Positions 27,862 to 37,490 of a DNA stretch of 64,000 bases are shown in pieces (position 1 is the first letter of the stretch; each line of letters begins with the position of its first letter). Location of the stretch: contig OZ219858.1 of assembly GCA_964291395.2 (NCBI GenBank), forward strand, positions 576,001 through 640,000, read 5' to 3'. The notes below the pieces were generated by a model, which was not told the DNA's origin, did no database searches, and was given only the letters and a program-made list of their open reading frames with translations. The translations under genes and the position numbers were made by a program. The stretch comes from Alphaproteobacteria bacterium. Its GTDB lineage: Bacteria; Pseudomonadota; Alphaproteobacteria; UBA2966.

Positions 27862-27956
27862 GACGGCAACGAACGGCGCGTCTAAATAATGTGTCGTCGA
27901 CCGTCGGCGCTCGGACGGCTCGAGATCCGGCGTAGTGGTTTGAGGCATAACGGCAA

Positions 27957-28721
27957 ATGGCGAGAAAGAACCGGCCCGCGGTCGTGGGTGTTCCCGCGAG
28001 TATCCGGCGAATAAACGAGAACGAATTTCACGCGGTGGCGACCCGCTACCTCGAGGCGGTTGCCCGCCACACGGGAGCGGAGCCCGTCATCATTCCCGCC
28101 ATCGGCGGCCATCTCGACTTCGAAGACCTGATGCGGCGGGTCGATGGTTTTTTCTTCACCGGCTGTCCGTCCAATGTCGAGCCTCATCATTACGACGAAC
28201 CCGTCAACCTGACACCCGACAGGCGTGATCCCGACCGCGACGCCACGACGCTGCCGTTGATCCGGTTTGCGCTCGCCAATGCGGTTCCCATGTTCGCCAT
28301 CTGCCGGGGCTTCCAGGAGCTGAACGTCGCCCTCGGCGGCAGTCTCCACCAGTTGCTGCACGAGGTTCCCGGAAAATGGGATCACCGGGGCGGCGGTGAC
28401 AAACCCCACGAGGAACGGTTCGCTCCCAGGCATCACGTTTCCCTGACTCCAAGGGGTCAACTCGCCGACCTGACGGAGTCGGCGCGGATCGTGGTGAACT
28501 CGCTTCATGGTCAAGGCGTCGATCGCCTGGGACGCGACCTGCACGTCGAGGCCATTGCCGATGACGGCACCGTCGAAGGGTTTCGGGTGGACGGTGCGGG
28601 AGCGTTCGCGCTGGGCGTCCAGTGGCACCCGGAGTGGCGCACGGAAGAGACACCTCACTATGGCGCTCTGTTCGGCGCGTTCGGCGCCGCCGTCAAGGAA
28701 CGGGCCCTCACCCGTCGATGA
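27957..28721 (+). CDS. Gamma-glutamyl-gamma-aminobutyrate hydrolase family (peptidase C26, PuuD-like)
   Basis: AICRGFQELNVALGG, VNSLHGQG, GVQWHPE. Confidence 0.92.
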   Translation: MARKNRPAVVGVPASIRRINENEFHAVATRYLEAVARHTGAEPVIIPAIGGHLDFEDLMRRVDGFFFTGCPSNVEPHHYDEPVNLTPDRRDPDRDATTLPLIRFALANAVPMFAICRGFQELNVALGGSLHQLLHEVPGKWDHRGGGDKPHEERFAPRHHVSLTPRGQLADLTESARIVVNSLHGQGVDRLGRDLHVEAIADDGTVEGFRVDGAGAFALGVQWHPEWRTEETPHYGALFGAFGAAVKERALTRR

Positions 28722-29317
28722 GGTTCGCCACCGAAGACCCGGACGACCCTGAGTCGTTGGATCTTGAAGACTTTCCCACGCTTCAGGCGGTGGCGCGTTT
28801 CGCGCAAGCGGTGCCGCACGTTCCGTGGTTCCTGCACCTCGGCGAGCCGTTGACGGAGGAGGTCCGCCGGATCGCCGAGTCCTATGTTCACGCGCTGGGA
28901 TTTCCCGATTGTGCGATCGCCGTGATCGGCGACTGGGAGGAGGCCGGAGACGCGGCGGAGAATCCCGGATTCGACGACGCCTCCTGGGAGGTCGAGGAGC
29001 AGCTTACCGCGGGACTCATGGATGACGCCCTCGCCGTTGTCGAAGAGCAGGAGCTGGCGACCGCGTTGACGCACGCTTCGGCCGCCGGGGGTGACGCCGC
29101 GAAGCTGGCGATAGAGGAAGCGGCCGCACTCGCCGGCCACTCCGACCCCGCGTTTCTCGACGCGGCCGTGGGCGCCGCGACGAAAGCCTGTTATCAGGCG
29201 GCCCTGTTACTGGCGGGCGGCGGAGACGAGGATCATGCCGTGGTCTTCAAGTACAAGCTGTTCGAAAGCGGCCGCTGGCCCGTCGGCATCGTCGGAAGCA
29301 CCTTCAACATATTCTGA
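28718..29317 (+). CDS. Acidic hypothetical protein
   Basis: ATGA overlap with upstream gene; typical codon usage; ends LFESGRWPVGIVGSTFNIF. Confidence 0.75.
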   Translation: MRFATEDPDDPESLDLEDFPTLQAVARFAQAVPHVPWFLHLGEPLTEEVRRIAESYVHALGFPDCAIAVIGDWEEAGDAAENPGFDDASWEVEEQLTAGLMDDALAVVEEQELATALTHASAAGGDAAKLAIEEAAALAGHSDPAFLDAAVGAATKACYQAALLLAGGGDEDHAVVFKYKLFESGRWPVGIVGSTFNIF

Positions 29318-29414
29318 TATCGGGCCGGGTCCTCGATATCCATGATCGACCCGACCGCCGGCTCGAGAGGCTCGCGTCGGGCGGTGAGACGGTGGATGAA
29401 GAGATCCGAGAGGT

Positions 29415-29861
29415 TCAGGAGTTGAGCGCCCGGGTCAGCTGGCCGGTCGTCTTCTCGAGACGGGTCGCGAGCTCGCGCATGATTTCGACGGCCATCTGCG
29501 GAAATTCTCCCATCATGCGGAAGAACAGTTCCTTGGAAATCTTCAGGACTTCGACGTCCTGGTCCGCGATCACCGTGGCCGTTCGCGGGACGTCACAGAG
29601 AATGGCGATCTCACCCACGATATCGTTCTCGTGCACTTCGGCGACCTTCACGTCACCGTTGGGTGTCGAGACCACGATCCCGACCGAACCTTTGATGATG
29701 ATGTAGGCGGAATCGCCTATCTCGCCCTGGCGGCAGAGCTCGGTGCCCTCCCGGAACTTCAGGCGCTCGCTCGTGAAAGCCAGGAGCTTGAGTTTCGACG
29801 GCTCGATATTCGAGAACAGCGGGATCCGCCGTAGAAGATCGACTTCCTCGTTCAAGCTCAT
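29415..29861 (-). CDS. Stand-alone cyclic nucleotide-binding domain protein
   Basis: LCRQGEIGDSAYII, phosphate-binding cassette GEIAILCDVPRTATV. Confidence 0.92.
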   Translation of the reverse strand: MSLNEEVDLLRRIPLFSNIEPSKLKLLAFTSERLKFREGTELCRQGEIGDSAYIIIKGSVGIVVSTPNGDVKVAEVHENDIVGEIAILCDVPRTATVIADQDVEVLKISKELFFRMMGEFPQMAVEIMRELATRLEKTTGQLTRALNS

Positions 29862-29881
29862 TGTTTCCGTCCCACCGGCTG

Positions 29882-32536
29882 TCAAGCGCCGTCGATCAAC
29901 CGCCTGAAATATGACCCGTCCCGGTTGAGCTCTTCGAAAGTGCCTTGTTCCACGATCTTTCCCGATCGCATGACGAGCACATGGTCGAACTCTCTCGCGA
30001 GATCCGCCTTGTGCAGTACCCAGACCAGCCCGCGACCGGCGAACTCCTCGAGCAGATTGCTCATTATCAGCCCCTGGCTCGCGGTGTCCAGCGCGGCCGT
30101 CGCCTCGGCGAGAAACAGTATGTCGGGCCGCTTTAGAACGCCGCGCGCGATCGCAAGCTTCTGACGCTGTCCCGACGACAGTCGCGAACCGGACACGCCG
30201 ACGTCATACCTCAATCCGACTTCGACGACCGTGTCCCTGAGGCCGAGCTCCGAGACGACTTCCGTGATCAGCGCGCTGACGCGGTCCGCGGCTTCAGGCC
30301 GTCCGTAGACGACTCTCCCGAAAATGATGTTGTCCTGAATGTTCGCCGTGCTCGCGTAGGTGTCGAGATCGAGGAATTCCACGGAGTCGCTCGCGTCCTC
30401 GGGAAGATCCCTGGCGAACACTTCGCGGGCATCCAGCAGCTTGGCTTGAATATCGTCATCGATCATGCCCAGGCGGTGCCGCGCGGGAACCAGTTTGAAG
30501 GGCAGCGACATGATACGGGAGCGCTCCTCGGCCGACAGATCCGCCAACCTCTCGCGGTCGACGCGCGTGAGCCAATGCTGGAGCTCGCCCAGCTCTTCCG
30601 CCGACACGAAGCTGTACTGCTGGAACAATTCGTGATCGGGCGGCACGTCGGCAAAAATCTCGACCATGGTGGCGGCCGTGTCATATCCGATCTGAAGAAT
30701 GCTCTCTGTCAGACCGACCTTCTCCAGGACCTCCAGGACATATGGATTTTCGCCGAGCCGTTCCATGTCGAAGGCTTCGCCGACGACATTGCCGAATAGA
30801 AGGTTTTCTCCGACGGTCGCATTGGCGTTGTAGGCGGACCGATCGAACACCTCGATCAGGTCCGCCATGCCTTCGTCATCGGCCAGGCGCTCGCGGAACG
30901 CCGAGCGGGCTCGAAGAATCGCCTCGGCCATGTCGCCGCGTGCCTCGGGATCGACCGTTCCCCTGAGTCCCCATCGGTACACCTCGTCGTCGAGACCTAC
31001 CATTTCCAGGGCGCGAAGTCCCTGTGCCTGAAGGGCCTCGGGAGTGGCCGCGCCGGCGGACTCCATGTCCACCCAATCGGCCTTGATGTCGAGGGTGGTA
31101 TTGCCGGAAGCCTTCGCTTCATTCTCGTGCCAGCTGCGCTGGCTCTTGGCATCGTCGCCGTATTCGAACTCCCGCATGGGGCGATGCTTCAAGCCGTAGA
31201 ACAGATTGAAGCCCAGGGAGCCGGCGAAGACGTATCCCTGCTGACCCACGTAGGCGAGCCGGCGTCCCGTGATCGCCTCCGGCAGACCCGCCAATTCGAG
31301 TCCGCCGACCGAGACGCCTCCTCGTGTCGGATACAGAAGTCGACTCAGCAGCTGTACCAATTCGGTCGCGCCGCTTCCCGATTCGCCGACGATGGCAACC
31401 CGCGACGGCATCGGCATCTCCAGCGAGACACCGTCGACGACGTTGTCCCCGACCTCGTCGGTCAGCGTCAGGTTGGCCGCCGTCAGGTCGCCGGTCAGCG
31501 GGTCGATGGACTCCGGTTCCTCCGTCTGCAGGCTTTCGTCGGGCATGCCGACCGGCTCGAACTGGCTGATGACCTGATCGTATTTGATCTTCGCGTCCTC
31601 CCGCCGCTGGTAGAACGCGAGAAGTTCCTTCCAGGGGGCACCCAAATCCTTGTGCGCCGCGATTGCGGCGACCAGCGTCCCCATTTCCAGCGACCCGGAA
31701 ATGACGAGGTAGCCGCCCAGCGAATAGAAGAAGAACGGACCCAGTTGTTGGATGAAGTTGTTGATGAACTTGATGACGAACTTCTGGCGGTAGATGCGGT
31801 ACCGCACGTGGAAGATGCTCCCCAGCCGATCGGAAAAATCGGCCAGCACGAACTGCGACGTGTCGTGAACGTGGACTTCGGGAACCCCTTGGACCGCCTC
31901 GCCGATGCGGTCCGACAGGCGACGCACCAGACGCACCCTTTCCTTGCCCAAGGCGTTCACGCGCATCTGCAAGCGCGGAATCAGGTATAGCTGAATGGGA
32001 TAGAGCGCGACGGCCGCCGCCGCCATGATCCAGTTCTGGTAGAACAGAAACGCCAGAATGACGATGAGCGTGCCGCCCTGGAACGCCGGCAGCGCGTAGG
32101 CCTCGCCGATGAATCCGCCCAGAGGCTCCACCTCCGCGGTGACCATCGGGATGATCTCACCCTGGGACATGTTCTTGAAGGTCGGCTGCGGGAAACGAAG
32201 CACCCGGCTGAACAGTTGATAACGTAGCCGGCGCAGCATCCGCTCGCCGGTCAGACCCTGATAGACGTTGATGTAGTACTTGAAGGCCTGGTTGATCAGG
32301 ACGAGGACCAGAAAGGCCGTGCACAGGAGGAGCAGGTACCCGGTCTGATCGAAGCCGACTCCGAACAGGTCGACGGGGAAACCTTCCGGATCCCCCTGGA
32401 TGGCACCGTTGATGATGCGCTTTGGAAGCTCGTAAAAGGCATACAGGAAGGGAAACGACAAGGCCGCGAGCGCGGTGAGCCAGATCTGCTGCGGCAGACT
32501 GTAGCGAATCAGGTATTTGTAGACGGTTTTCTCCAT
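29882..32536 (-). CDS. ABC exporter-type TMD-NBD protein with large NBD insertion and degenerate Walker motifs
   Basis: N-terminal TMD; Walker A GESGSGAT; signature LSSGQ; Walker B LFLAE; H-loop WVLH. Confidence 0.88.
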   Translation of the reverse strand: MEKTVYKYLIRYSLPQQIWLTALAALSFPFLYAFYELPKRIINGAIQGDPEGFPVDLFGVGFDQTGYLLLLCTAFLVLVLINQAFKYYINVYQGLTGERMLRRLRYQLFSRVLRFPQPTFKNMSQGEIIPMVTAEVEPLGGFIGEAYALPAFQGGTLIVILAFLFYQNWIMAAAAVALYPIQLYLIPRLQMRVNALGKERVRLVRRLSDRIGEAVQGVPEVHVHDTSQFVLADFSDRLGSIFHVRYRIYRQKFVIKFINNFIQQLGPFFFYSLGGYLVISGSLEMGTLVAAIAAHKDLGAPWKELLAFYQRREDAKIKYDQVISQFEPVGMPDESLQTEEPESIDPLTGDLTAANLTLTDEVGDNVVDGVSLEMPMPSRVAIVGESGSGATELVQLLSRLLYPTRGGVSVGGLELAGLPEAITGRRLAYVGQQGYVFAGSLGFNLFYGLKHRPMREFEYGDDAKSQRSWHENEAKASGNTTLDIKADWVDMESAGAATPEALQAQGLRALEMVGLDDEVYRWGLRGTVDPEARGDMAEAILRARSAFRERLADDEGMADLIEVFDRSAYNANATVGENLLFGNVVGEAFDMERLGENPYVLEVLEKVGLTESILQIGYDTAATMVEIFADVPPDHELFQQYSFVSAEELGELQHWLTRVDRERLADLSAEERSRIMSLPFKLVPARHRLGMIDDDIQAKLLDAREVFARDLPEDASDSVEFLDLDTYASTANIQDNIIFGRVVYGRPEAADRVSALITEVVSELGLRDTVVEVGLRYDVGVSGSRLSSGQRQKLAIARGVLKRPDILFLAEATAALDTASQGLIMSNLLEEFAGRGLVWVLHKADLAREFDHVLVMRSGKIVEQGTFEELNRDGSYFRRLIDGA

Positions 32537-32565
32537 GCGACCCGCGCGTCACCAAGCAGCGAACC

Positions 32566-32983
32566 AGGGGCTATTCACACTAACGCGCTGCATCGTGGAT
32601 GAGTGCGAAGGTCACGGCCGTCCGGGCATCCGCGGCAACCATATGAAGCTTGGTGGTCCAGCCGCCACGGGACCGGCCTCGAGCTTGATGCGCACGATCC
32701 GCTCCCGCTGCAACTGCTCGAAGACCCGGTCGAGCACCCCGCTCTTCGACCAGCGGTTCATGCGCATGTAGATGGTGTGCCAGTTGCCGAAGCGGGCCGG
32801 CAGCCCCCGCCACCTGCAGCCGTGTTCGGCGACGTACAGGATGGCGTTGAGCACCTGCAGGTTCGACAGCCTGACGTTGCCGCGCTGCACCGGAAGGCAC
32901 GGGGCGATGCGCGCGAACTGAGCTTCCGTGATCTCCATCCGCCGACGATAACACGATTCGCGTCATTAGTGTGAACAGCCTCT
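32566..32983 (-). mobile_element. Internally deleted IS5-family (IS427-like) element with both terminal inverted repeats
   Basis: AGGGGCTATTCACACTAA (32566-32583) vs TTAGTGTGAACAGCCTCT (32966-32983), 16/18 complementary; transposase motifs GCRWRGLPARFGNWHTIY and GRSRGGWTTKLH. Confidence 0.92.
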
Positions 32984-33020
32984 TGTTCGGCTAGTCTCGG
33001 CTAGTCTCGGCTTGTCTCGG
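32982..33020. repeat. Short 10-bp tandem repeat abutting the IS end
   Basis: CTTGT-TCGG CTAGTCTCGG CTAGTCTCGG CTTGTCTCGG. Confidence 0.8.
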
Positions 33021-33170
33021 TTGCGGCCCGCGCATGCGCCCGCCGACGGTGCCGGAAAACGCGGAACCGAGGCAACGGGAAAATCGTGGGATCGGCGCAA
33101 TCTATGCTTTCTCGCCGGCAATCCGTATGCAAGAGTCACCGCCATGTCGCGGGAAACTCACTGTCCCGTG

Positions 33171-34406
33171 ATGGCTTCTCGAGCCGGTCGTGGCGCCCGG
33201 GTGTTGATCTACAGCCACGATACTTTCGGGTTGGGCCATCTACGCCGCTGTCGGACGATCGCCCACTCGCTGGTCGAGAGTCACGAAGATCTGTCCGTCC
33301 TGATACTTTCCGGCTCCCCCATCATTGGCAGCTTCGATTTTCGGCGTCGCGTGGACTTCGTCCGCGTGCCCGGCGTCATCAAGCTGCGCAACGGGGAATA
33401 CACGTCGCTCAATCTTCAGCTGCAACTGGAGGAAACGCTCTCGATGCGGTCCTCCATCATCGAGCACACCGCCGACATTTTCGACCCCGACGTGTTCATC
33501 GTCGACAAGGAACCGCTGGGCCTGCGCGGAGAGATACGGGGCACCTTGGAAATGCTGCGCGCCCGAGGGAAGCGCCTCGTGCTCGGATTGCGGGACGTCC
33601 TCGACGACCCGGCCACGCTGTTCATCGAGTGGGAACGCAAAAACGCCCTTCCCGCGCTTCAGGAGTTCTACGACGAGGTTTGGGTCTACGGCTTGCCGCA
33701 GATATGCGAGCCCCTGGGGGGTCTGCCGCTGACCGGGGACATGCAACGCAAAATCACCTATACGGGCTACCTGCCGATTACCGTCCCCAAGACCGCATTT
33801 CCCGCTGCGGTCCCGGAGATCACCAGCCGACCGTTCCTGCTGGTCACGACGGGCGGCGGCGGGGATGGAGACGTGCTGATCGAATGGGTGTTGCGCGCCT
33901 ACGAGTCGGAAAAAATGCTGCCCTATCCGGCGTTGCTCGTTCTGGGACCGTTCCTTCAGCCCGAAAAACAGTCCCAATTCATGGCGCGTGCCGCCAAGCT
34001 CGATCGTGTCGAGGCGATCGTCTTCAATCCGCGCATCGAGCGGCTCGAGGAGAACGCGATGGGGATCGTCGCCATGGGGGGGTACAACACCTTCTGCGAG
34101 ATCCTGTCGCTCGACAAGCGGGCGGTCATCGTGCCGCGGACGATTCCGCGTCAGGAACAACTGATCCGAACGTCCCGGGCGCAAGAACTCGGCCTCGTGC
34201 GCATGCTCGAGGACGACGGTCATATGGATCCGGCGGCGATGGCCGGGGCACTGCGGGATCTGCCGCGCCAACCGAAGCCCTCGGAAACGATCGTCCCCGG
34301 TTTGCTGGAAGGTCTCATCAACGTGAACCGGTTGATCAAGCCCTGGCTCGATCAACGGCCGACACTTGAAGTCGCAGATACCGTTACGGCGTTTCGCCCC
34401 GCCTAA
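33171..34406 (+). CDS. GT-B glycosyltransferase (GT28 C-terminal-like)
   Basis: YSHDTFGLGHLRR, TTGGGGDG, AMGGYNTFCE; start may be 33144. Confidence 0.88.
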   Translation: MASRAGRGARVLIYSHDTFGLGHLRRCRTIAHSLVESHEDLSVLILSGSPIIGSFDFRRRVDFVRVPGVIKLRNGEYTSLNLQLQLEETLSMRSSIIEHTADIFDPDVFIVDKEPLGLRGEIRGTLEMLRARGKRLVLGLRDVLDDPATLFIEWERKNALPALQEFYDEVWVYGLPQICEPLGGLPLTGDMQRKITYTGYLPITVPKTAFPAAVPEITSRPFLLVTTGGGGDGDVLIEWVLRAYESEKMLPYPALLVLGPFLQPEKQSQFMARAAKLDRVEAIVFNPRIERLEENAMGIVAMGGYNTFCEILSLDKRAVIVPRTIPRQEQLIRTSRAQELGLVRMLEDDGHMDPAAMAGALRDLPRQPKPSETIVPGLLEGLINVNRLIKPWLDQRPTLEVADTVTAFRPA

Positions 34407-34432
34407 GCCGAACCTGTTAGATTTGGCGGAGC

Positions 34433-35701
34433 ATGAAGACGGTCGCCTTCATCCTGAAGGGCTATCCACGCCTCTCCGAGACGTTCATCGCCCAGGAAAT
34501 CCTCTCCCTGGAACGTCTGGGACTGGCCATCGAAATCGTCAGCCTTCGCCGCCCCACCGACGTTTCGACGCACCCGGTCCATCGCGAAATCGGCGCTCCG
34601 GTGACCTACCTCCCGGAGTATCTGCATCAGGAGCCGTTGCGGGTTCTGCGCGCCCTCACGGCGGTCGGACGCCGCCGCCGGTTCTGGACCGCATTTTCGA
34701 TCTGGTGGAAAGATTTCATTCGCGACCCGACCCCGAACCGGATCCGCCGGTTCGGCCAAGCCGCCGTCTTGGCACACGGAATACCGCCTCGGGTGAGCCA
34801 ATTGCACGCACACTTCCTTCACACCCCGGCCTCGGTCGCCCGCTATGCCTCGGCGCTGACGGGACTGGCCTGGAGTCTCTCGGCTCACGCCAAGGATATT
34901 TGGACGACGCCGGCATGGGAGAAACGAGAAAAGCTCGCCGAATGCGATTGGGCCGTCACCTGCACCGAAACGGGATTCCATCACCTTGAGGGCTTCGCAC
35001 CGCGGGACCGCCTGCATCTCGTCTATCACGGCCTGGACCTTGACCGGTTTCCGGCCCCTCCGGCCCCCGCCTCGGGTCGGGACGCTTCCGACGCGGACCG
35101 CCCGGTCATCCTGCTCTCCGTCGGCCGAGCAGTCGAAAAGAAAGGCCTTGACACGCTCGTCGAGGCACTCGCGCGGTTGCCGACGCATATCGCGTGGCGG
35201 CTTGTCCATATCGGAGGCGGGCCCCGGCTGGATCACCTGAGGGAAATGGCGACACGGTCGGGGCTGGCCGACCGAATTCAGTGGCTCGGTCCTCAACCGC
35301 AAGAGGTCGTTCTGGAGAATTACAGATTGGCGGATCTGTTCATCCTGCCCAGCGTCATCGCCAAGGACGGCGACCGCGACGGCCTTCCCAACGTCCTACT
35401 CGAGGCACAAAGCCAGGGCCTTCCCTGCATCGCCGGCAAGCTGCCGGGGATTGCCGAGCTGATCTCCGATGGAACGACCGGTGTCCTGGTCGAACCCGGC
35501 GACACCGCGGCGCTTGCCGGCGCGATCTCGAGCCTGGCGCAGGATCCCCAGCGTCGTCGGCAGTTGGGCTCCGCCGCACTGAGTTGCGTCCACAAACGGT
35601 TTGCCCTGACCGAGCACATCGGGCGGCTCGCGTCTTTGTTTGGGCTGCCGCCCGTGAACGAGGACGCCGCCCCTTGCGAATCGCGTTTTACGCGCCGCTG
35701 A
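34433..35701 (+). CDS. Glycosyltransferase family 4
   Basis: GYPRLSETFI, VGRAVEKKG, DGLPNVLLEA. Confidence 0.92.
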   Translation: MKTVAFILKGYPRLSETFIAQEILSLERLGLAIEIVSLRRPTDVSTHPVHREIGAPVTYLPEYLHQEPLRVLRALTAVGRRRRFWTAFSIWWKDFIRDPTPNRIRRFGQAAVLAHGIPPRVSQLHAHFLHTPASVARYASALTGLAWSLSAHAKDIWTTPAWEKREKLAECDWAVTCTETGFHHLEGFAPRDRLHLVYHGLDLDRFPAPPAPASGRDASDADRPVILLSVGRAVEKKGLDTLVEALARLPTHIAWRLVHIGGGPRLDHLREMATRSGLADRIQWLGPQPQEVVLENYRLADLFILPSVIAKDGDRDGLPNVLLEAQSQGLPCIAGKLPGIAELISDGTTGVLVEPGDTAALAGAISSLAQDPQRRRQLGSAALSCVHKRFALTEHIGRLASLFGLPPVNEDAAPCESRFTRR

Positions 35702-36867
35702 AAGCGCCGACCCACCGGGCGCCGTCGGGTGATCGCCGCATGGCCCGACAGCTCATTTCGGCGCTGCGGTTCGCAGGGCACGCCGTCGACGTCGCGTCGA
35801 CGTTCAGAAGTTTCGATGGGGATGGGAATCCCGAACGGCAAGATGCCATTCGGGATGCCGCCGAGGCCGAGGCCGACCGGATCGTTCACGACTATCGAGC
35901 CGGCGCCGAGAGCCAAAGGCCGGAGGTCTGGTTCACCTATCACCTGTACTACAAGGCTCCTGATTGGATCGGACCCAGGGTGTCGCGGGCCCTCGGTCTG
36001 GGATACGTCATAGCCGAGGCGAGCCATGCGCCCAAGCGCGCGAGTGGACCATGGGCGTTGGGTCATGAGGCGGTGACAAACGCCCTCGGCGCGGCGGATT
36101 CCGTACTGGCCCTCACGGAGCGGGACATTCCCTGCGTTCGATCCCTGCTGCATGCACGGGCTCGGCTGCTTCATCTGCCGCCGTTCCTCGATCCCGCGGC
36201 GGAAGTCGACGGCGTGACCGGCGATGAGGATCGGGACTCCTGTCGAGACGCTCTCGCCAAACGATACGCTCTCGACGGCACCAAGAGCTGGCTCCTGGCC
36301 GTGGCGATGATGCGCTCGGGCGACAAGCTCCGATCCTACCGCCACCTATCGCGCGCATTGGCAGCATTGCCGGGAGACGACTGGCAACTCGTCATCGTGG
36401 GCGACGGCGGCGCGCGGGCGGACGTGGAAGCCGAATTCTCCCCACTCGGCTCGACCGGTCGAGGCGGGCGCGTCGCGTGTTTGGGCGAACTCGCGGCGCC
36501 CGGATTGCAACGCGTCTATGCGGCATGTGATATCCTGGTCTGGCCCGCCATCAACGAAGCCTACGGAATGACGCCGCTCGAAGCGCAGGCAGCGGGACTG
36601 GCGGTGGTTGCCGGTGATGCCGGTGGTGTCCGCGAGGTTGTTCGTGATGGCGAAACCGGCGTCCTCGTTGATCCGGACGATTGCGACGCCTTCTCCGAGG
36701 CCGTGCGCAACCTCCTTGACGATCCCGTCCGGCGGCGGGAACTCGGACGCCGGGGACGGAGATTCGTCCGGGAGGAGCGGTCCCTGGCCGCGGCCAGCGG
36801 CACCATCGATAGGGCCGTCGTTCACGCCGCCGAGGCGCGCCACGACGCAGCACGGCGGGCTTCATGA
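35674..36867 (+). CDS. Glycosyltransferase family 4
   Basis: TTG start RIAFYAPLK, PSGDRRMAR, EAYGMTPLEA (EX7E). Confidence 0.9.
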   Translation: MRIAFYAPLKAPTHRAPSGDRRMARQLISALRFAGHAVDVASTFRSFDGDGNPERQDAIRDAAEAEADRIVHDYRAGAESQRPEVWFTYHLYYKAPDWIGPRVSRALGLGYVIAEASHAPKRASGPWALGHEAVTNALGAADSVLALTERDIPCVRSLLHARARLLHLPPFLDPAAEVDGVTGDEDRDSCRDALAKRYALDGTKSWLLAVAMMRSGDKLRSYRHLSRALAALPGDDWQLVIVGDGGARADVEAEFSPLGSTGRGGRVACLGELAAPGLQRVYAACDILVWPAINEAYGMTPLEAQAAGLAVVAGDAGGVREVVRDGETGVLVDPDDCDAFSEAVRNLLDDPVRRRELGRRGRRFVREERSLAAASGTIDRAVVHAAEARHDAARRAS

Positions 36868-37490
36868 CCGCGCTCGCGCTGATACGCCACGGATCCACCG
36901 TCTTCACGGAGACCCGGCGGATTCAGGGCCTGCGCGATGTGCCCTTGTCCGGAACGGGGTGCGCGAGGGTCCAGAGCTACGACGTCCCGTCCGAGTTGAC
37001 AGGCTTTGCCTGGATTTCGAGTCCTCTTTCGCGCGCGCGGGAAACCGCACGGATCCTGTGCGGGAAGCCGGTTCCAACCGATTCCCGCCTGATCGAAATG
37101 GACTGGGGGGCTTGGGAAGGCCGCACCCTGAAGGATCTCCGTGCCGATCTTGGGAAGGCCATGCGGGAGAATGAGGACAAGGGGTTGGACTTTTGTCCGG
37201 ACGGGGGCGAGAGCCCCCGCCAGGTCCTGCGCCGGGTTCAGCCGCTGCTGGCCGAGATCGGCGCTGCACGCCGGGATACGGTGGCGGTTACCCACCGAGG
37301 CGTCATTCGGGCAATCTTCGCGGCGGCCCTCGATTGGGACATGGTGGGCCCGCCGCCGCACAAGCTCGACTGGACCTGCATCCATGTGTTCGATGTAGAC
37401 GATCGCGGCGTCCCCCGGATATCGGGCCTCAACATCCCCATGGCACCGGCCGAAAAGCCGGTGCCGACGGATAACTGGCGAACACGGTGA
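36864..37490 (+). CDS. Histidine phosphatase (phosphoglycerate mutase-like) family
   Basis: RHG, SSPLSRARET, EMDWGAWEG, VTHRG. Confidence 0.92.
   Translation: MTALALIRHGSTVFTETRRIQGLRDVPLSGTGCARVQSYDVPSELTGFAWISSPLSRARETARILCGKPVPTDSRLIEMDWGAWEGRTLKDLRADLGKAMRENEDKGLDFCPDGGESPRQVLRRVQPLLAEIGAARRDTVAVTHRGVIRAIFAAALDWDMVGPPPHKLDWTCIHVFDVDDRGVPRISGLNIPMAPAEKPVPTDNWRTR

Noticed and set aside
12710-27900. Integron-like cassette array explaining the TA modules
   Set aside because: No integrase and no recurring attC-like or other shared repeat seen between modules; they are separated by core genes
32982-33020. CRISPR-like repeat
   Set aside because: 10-bp tandem units without spacers; no cas genes; no CRISPR array seen anywhere in the window
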